Shown here one piece after another: positions 25,344 to 27,932 of a DNA stretch of 27,932 nt. The stretch is from a virus. Lineage: Duplodnaviria > Caudoviricetes. A program made the translations under genes and the position numbers. The stretch covers positions 1-27,932 of the IMG/VR virus record IMGVR_UViG_3300027886_000013. One strand, given 5' to 3'. The stretch's first letter is position 1, and every line of letters starts with the position of its first letter. The notes beneath the pieces were generated by a model. That model was not told the DNA's origin, searched no databases, and worked only from the letters and a program-made list of their open reading frames with translations.

Positions 25344-25846
25344 TAGATCCGCACCACCCTACGAAAGGGGCCACCCGCCACCATGCTGTATGGCCCGAGG
25401 AGCAGGTTTACTACTCGCGGGACCACAGCAGGGGGGTTGCCATCAAACCACATCTCATAGCTAGGTGTCGCGAGGCGTTTAAGCCCGTGGCCAACCTCAG
25501 CATAGGGGTCTGGATTCTCATAGAGCGCTACTGCCCACTCAATGGTCGCCATCTCCACAAAGGTAGGGATGACCGTATCCGAGAGCAGCACGCCTATGCT
25601 GACGTCCACCACATGCTTCCTTGGCCACATCAGCGCCTGGGTATCAGCCGTCTTGTAGCCGACAGGCGTAAAGTAGCGATCGATTAGCCTCGTCGCGTGT
25701 ACAAGGAGTTGAGGCTTATTCACATCCGCATCATGCAACCATGCTTCCATGTGCGGCATGGTCTCGGCAAGGATGCCGGCTCGAGCAACCGTAAGGTAAC
25801 TATTGCTACTTACTCCGCCCACTGTCGCGTCAATGACGATTGCCAC
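25343..25846 (-). CDS. Head-tail adaptor (family often annotated DnaT-like)
   Basis: DATVGG.SSNSYLTVA.A...LVHATRLID...G.K....QALMWPR...IP..V..AT.E.A motifs. Confidence 0.75.
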   Translation of the reverse strand: MAIVIDATVGGVSSNSYLTVARAGILAETMPHMEAWLHDADVNKPQLLVHATRLIDRYFTPVGYKTADTQALMWPRKHVVDVSIGVLLSDTVIPTFVEMATIEWAVALYENPDPYAEVGHGLKRLATPSYEMWFDGNPPAVVPRVVNLLLGPYSMVAGGPFRRVVRI

Positions 25847-26184
25847 TACTGAAACCTATTGTGAGTTGACCAGAGTTCATGGACCACCGGGTCATATTCC
25901 CCATAAGGAATCTCTTTCCTGGCCTGTCTATGCTCTGGGTTGATGATGTTTACTGACACCGTGTTACCCTGCTCATCCATAATGAAGTCCGGTGCCGATG
26001 GGCGATGAGGTATATGCACACGCTCCTCTGGCGGGACTGATTCCGCTTTCGGCCCCGTATAAGGCCCCGGCATGAGGTCGCCCCAGCGCACATGGATTGC
26101 CGGATCGTAGTCAGCGGCGTTGATGATCCACTTCTGAGCAGGGTCCTTCCAACTATGTACTTCCATGGTCGGCAATTCTGCCAT
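25846..26184 (-). CDS. Small capsid-associated hypothetical protein (two YDP..H..W modules)
   Basis: IINAADYDPAIHVRW and EIPYGEYDPVVHELW. Confidence 0.65.
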   Translation of the reverse strand: MAELPTMEVHSWKDPAQKWIINAADYDPAIHVRWGDLMPGPYTGPKAESVPPEERVHIPHRPSAPDFIMDEQGNTVSVNIINPEHRQARKEIPYGEYDPVVHELWSTHNRFQ

Positions 26185-26187
26185 AGA

Positions 26188-26610
26188 CTAGGCTTCCTCT
26201 GCCTTTTCTTTATCTTCTTCTTGCTTCTGGGCCTCTTCTGCCTTTGCGGCAGCCTCGTCAGCCTGCCGCTGAACTTCTGCTACCCGCTCCATTTCCTGTT
26301 CGGCCCTATCTTCATCTGGCCCTGATATATCCTGTGGCTCATCACCCCGTTGCCGCTGGATCATCTCAGCAGCTTTTGAACCTGGAGCTTCGATAACAGC
26401 CGCATTGGGTTCATCAGGCAGCGACTCCGGAGTCATGGCTACCGTAGGGTCTTGCATCGGCGGGCCAGCTGCGGAATCGTGGTCTGGGTCATCTCCCATC
26501 GGCTCAGACCACATCGTATGGACAGCTGGGTCATAGTCGCCCCTGGGGATGGTCTTTTTCTGAGCCGGGTTATCGGGGTCGTGAATATCGACCATTTCCA
26601 TTTCAGCCAT
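26188..26610 (-). CDS. Small acidic capsid-associated hypothetical protein (one YDP..H..W module)
   Basis: DNPAQKKTIPRGDYDPAVHTMW plus an acidic coil; AAGGAG SD. Confidence 0.65.
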   Translation of the reverse strand: MAEMEMVDIHDPDNPAQKKTIPRGDYDPAVHTMWSEPMGDDPDHDSAAGPPMQDPTVAMTPESLPDEPNAAVIEAPGSKAAEMIQRQRGDEPQDISGPDEDRAEQEMERVAEVQRQADEAAAKAEEAQKQEEDKEKAEEA

Positions 26611-26665
26611 GAGTTACTCCTTGCAAAATAACCGAAATATTGTAAACTCATTTAAAATCAATGAC

Positions 26666-27814
26666 TTAGGTCCAACCGCGCACTGCCAGGTTAGGGTCCA
26701 GCACCTGAACGCCATATAGGCAATCCAGCGAGATATAGCTCTTCTTATTCACACCATCACCCCAGCGCGATGCGCGAATCGACATGCCTGTTACGGGATC
26801 TGTTACGGTTTCGATTTCCATGTTGGGGATGTTGCGGGGCAGAGTGGCGAATACAATAGCAGCCCAATTACGGTTGAATAGGAGTTGCTGTCTCGCACCG
26901 CTCGCCTGCACGTAGGCAGTGACCACCGCGCCACTGGAGTAAGCCTGCACGGCGGGAGGCGTAAAGGACACAGTTGCCGCACCACCCACCATGGCGACGT
27001 TAGCCGTCACCGCGTAGCGCTGGCTATTGCCTGCAATGCTAAACGTATCACCGGCTGTCAGGGTGTCAGTGCCGGCACCAAACGAACCGACTGCCATACT
27101 GGTCGCGCCAATTGCCAAATTTGCAGTTAGTGCACCTAGTTGGTCCGCACCACTAACGACGGTGCCTACGGTATGTGTCGGGGCATTTTGGTTGGCAAAA
27201 ATCTCGATGCCGTAGCGGTTTCCAAGGGTACCATTGAAAAGCGTCTGGTTATTCCCCGGTCCTGTCATGTCCGCGGAAATGAACATGTTCGAGTCTTGGA
27301 AACCCTTTTGCAGAGTACCGTCAATTTGCAAATGCCAATTGGGATCTCGCATGTTGGCATTGTGGTCGAAGGCGGTCTGGTACATGCCGGTGAGAACTTG
27401 GTGGTCGGTGGCAGTCCCATAGTCATATAGCCATGGGACGAATTTGTAGAGGGCGTTGACATCCTGGTCGATCTGATCAGCTAGTGCATAGGCAGCAGGA
27501 GCAATATGGTCACTGATGAGGCGCTCACCCGTGTAGGCATATTCAACGTCAGTCACTTCAAAACGGACTTCCGGGCGTTGGTCAACGAGAATGTTAACGA
27601 CTGCTGGCCTTAAATCCTGTGTAGTGATTGAGCCTTTTTGAGCAACGAAGGTACCAGGGCGGGAGATGCTAACGACGGAGCCGACATCGCGTGTGCGTCG
27701 TTCTGCGTCATATCCTTGATGGATACGCTGCGCGATGCCAAGGGCTTTACGGAGCTGGATGAGGGCTTCCTGCGCGTAGAATAGCGCATCATAATTACCG
27801 AGTACGTTTACCAT
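26666..27814 (-). CDS. Major capsid protein, P22 coat-like (HK97 fold)
   Basis: GSVVSISRP, V.FEVTD.E, HIAPAAYALADQIDQDV, inserted beta domain (TLTAGDTFSIAG...FTPP) and SLDCLYGVQVLDPNLAVR C-terminus. Confidence 0.92.
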   Translation of the reverse strand: MVNVLGNYDALFYAQEALIQLRKALGIAQRIHQGYDAERRTRDVGSVVSISRPGTFVAQKGSITTQDLRPAVVNILVDQRPEVRFEVTDVEYAYTGERLISDHIAPAAYALADQIDQDVNALYKFVPWLYDYGTATDHQVLTGMYQTAFDHNANMRDPNWHLQIDGTLQKGFQDSNMFISADMTGPGNNQTLFNGTLGNRYGIEIFANQNAPTHTVGTVVSGADQLGALTANLAIGATSMAVGSFGAGTDTLTAGDTFSIAGNSQRYAVTANVAMVGGAATVSFTPPAVQAYSSGAVVTAYVQASGARQQLLFNRNWAAIVFATLPRNIPNMEIETVTDPVTGMSIRASRWGDGVNKKSYISLDCLYGVQVLDPNLAVRGWT

Positions 27815-27904
27815 TACGGTACCTCTGGATTACGTAAGTGATTACCTGCTTGGTCTCGTACAACGAGATAAGCACCAACGTAGCCAGAGCACAGCAATGG
27901 CTAA

Positions 27905-27931
27905 CTATTCTATTTTCAAGGCATCGCCCGG
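27905..27931 (-). CDS. Possible 3' end of the upstream (scaffold?) gene, partial
   Basis: Reads PGDALKIE* at the window edge; supported only by position. Confidence 0.3.
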   Translation of the reverse strand, partial: PGDALKIE

Positions 27932-27932
27932 T

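Noticed and set aside
25343-25846. Literal DnaT/ssDNA-binding function for this ORF
   Set aside because: Synteny between capsid and head-closure genes indicates a head-tail adaptor.

Overview
Fragment of a tailed dsDNA phage or prophage (siphovirus-like, probably temperate; sigma70-type promoters, host not determinable from the sequence). The right part (12.0-27.9 kb, minus strand) is a virion operon: P22-type major capsid, head-tail joining proteins, tail tube, tail chaperones with a -1 frameshift site, a 1819-aa tape measure and tail-tip genes. It is interrupted by an oppositely oriented secreted tandem-discoidin gene. The middle (2.3-12 kb) holds early/replication functions: a putative iteron origin, a primase-like/VapE helicase, a tandem MazG-like protein, RuvC, a Rad52/Sak-like recombinase, an Xis-like HTH and a double-HTH repressor with candidate operators. 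The most striking element is at the left edge (1-1416, minus strand): promoter -> RHH regulator -> stand-alone Cas7/RAMP-like protein -> a non-coding array of strictly phased GCA-NN pentamers cut into units by a conserved ~20-nt delimiter. This looks like a non-CRISPR, Cas7-like RNA-guided system in which the variable dinucleotides may spell a gapped target sequence. The array runs off the window edge. Family assignments are by motif recognition only; no database searches were run.
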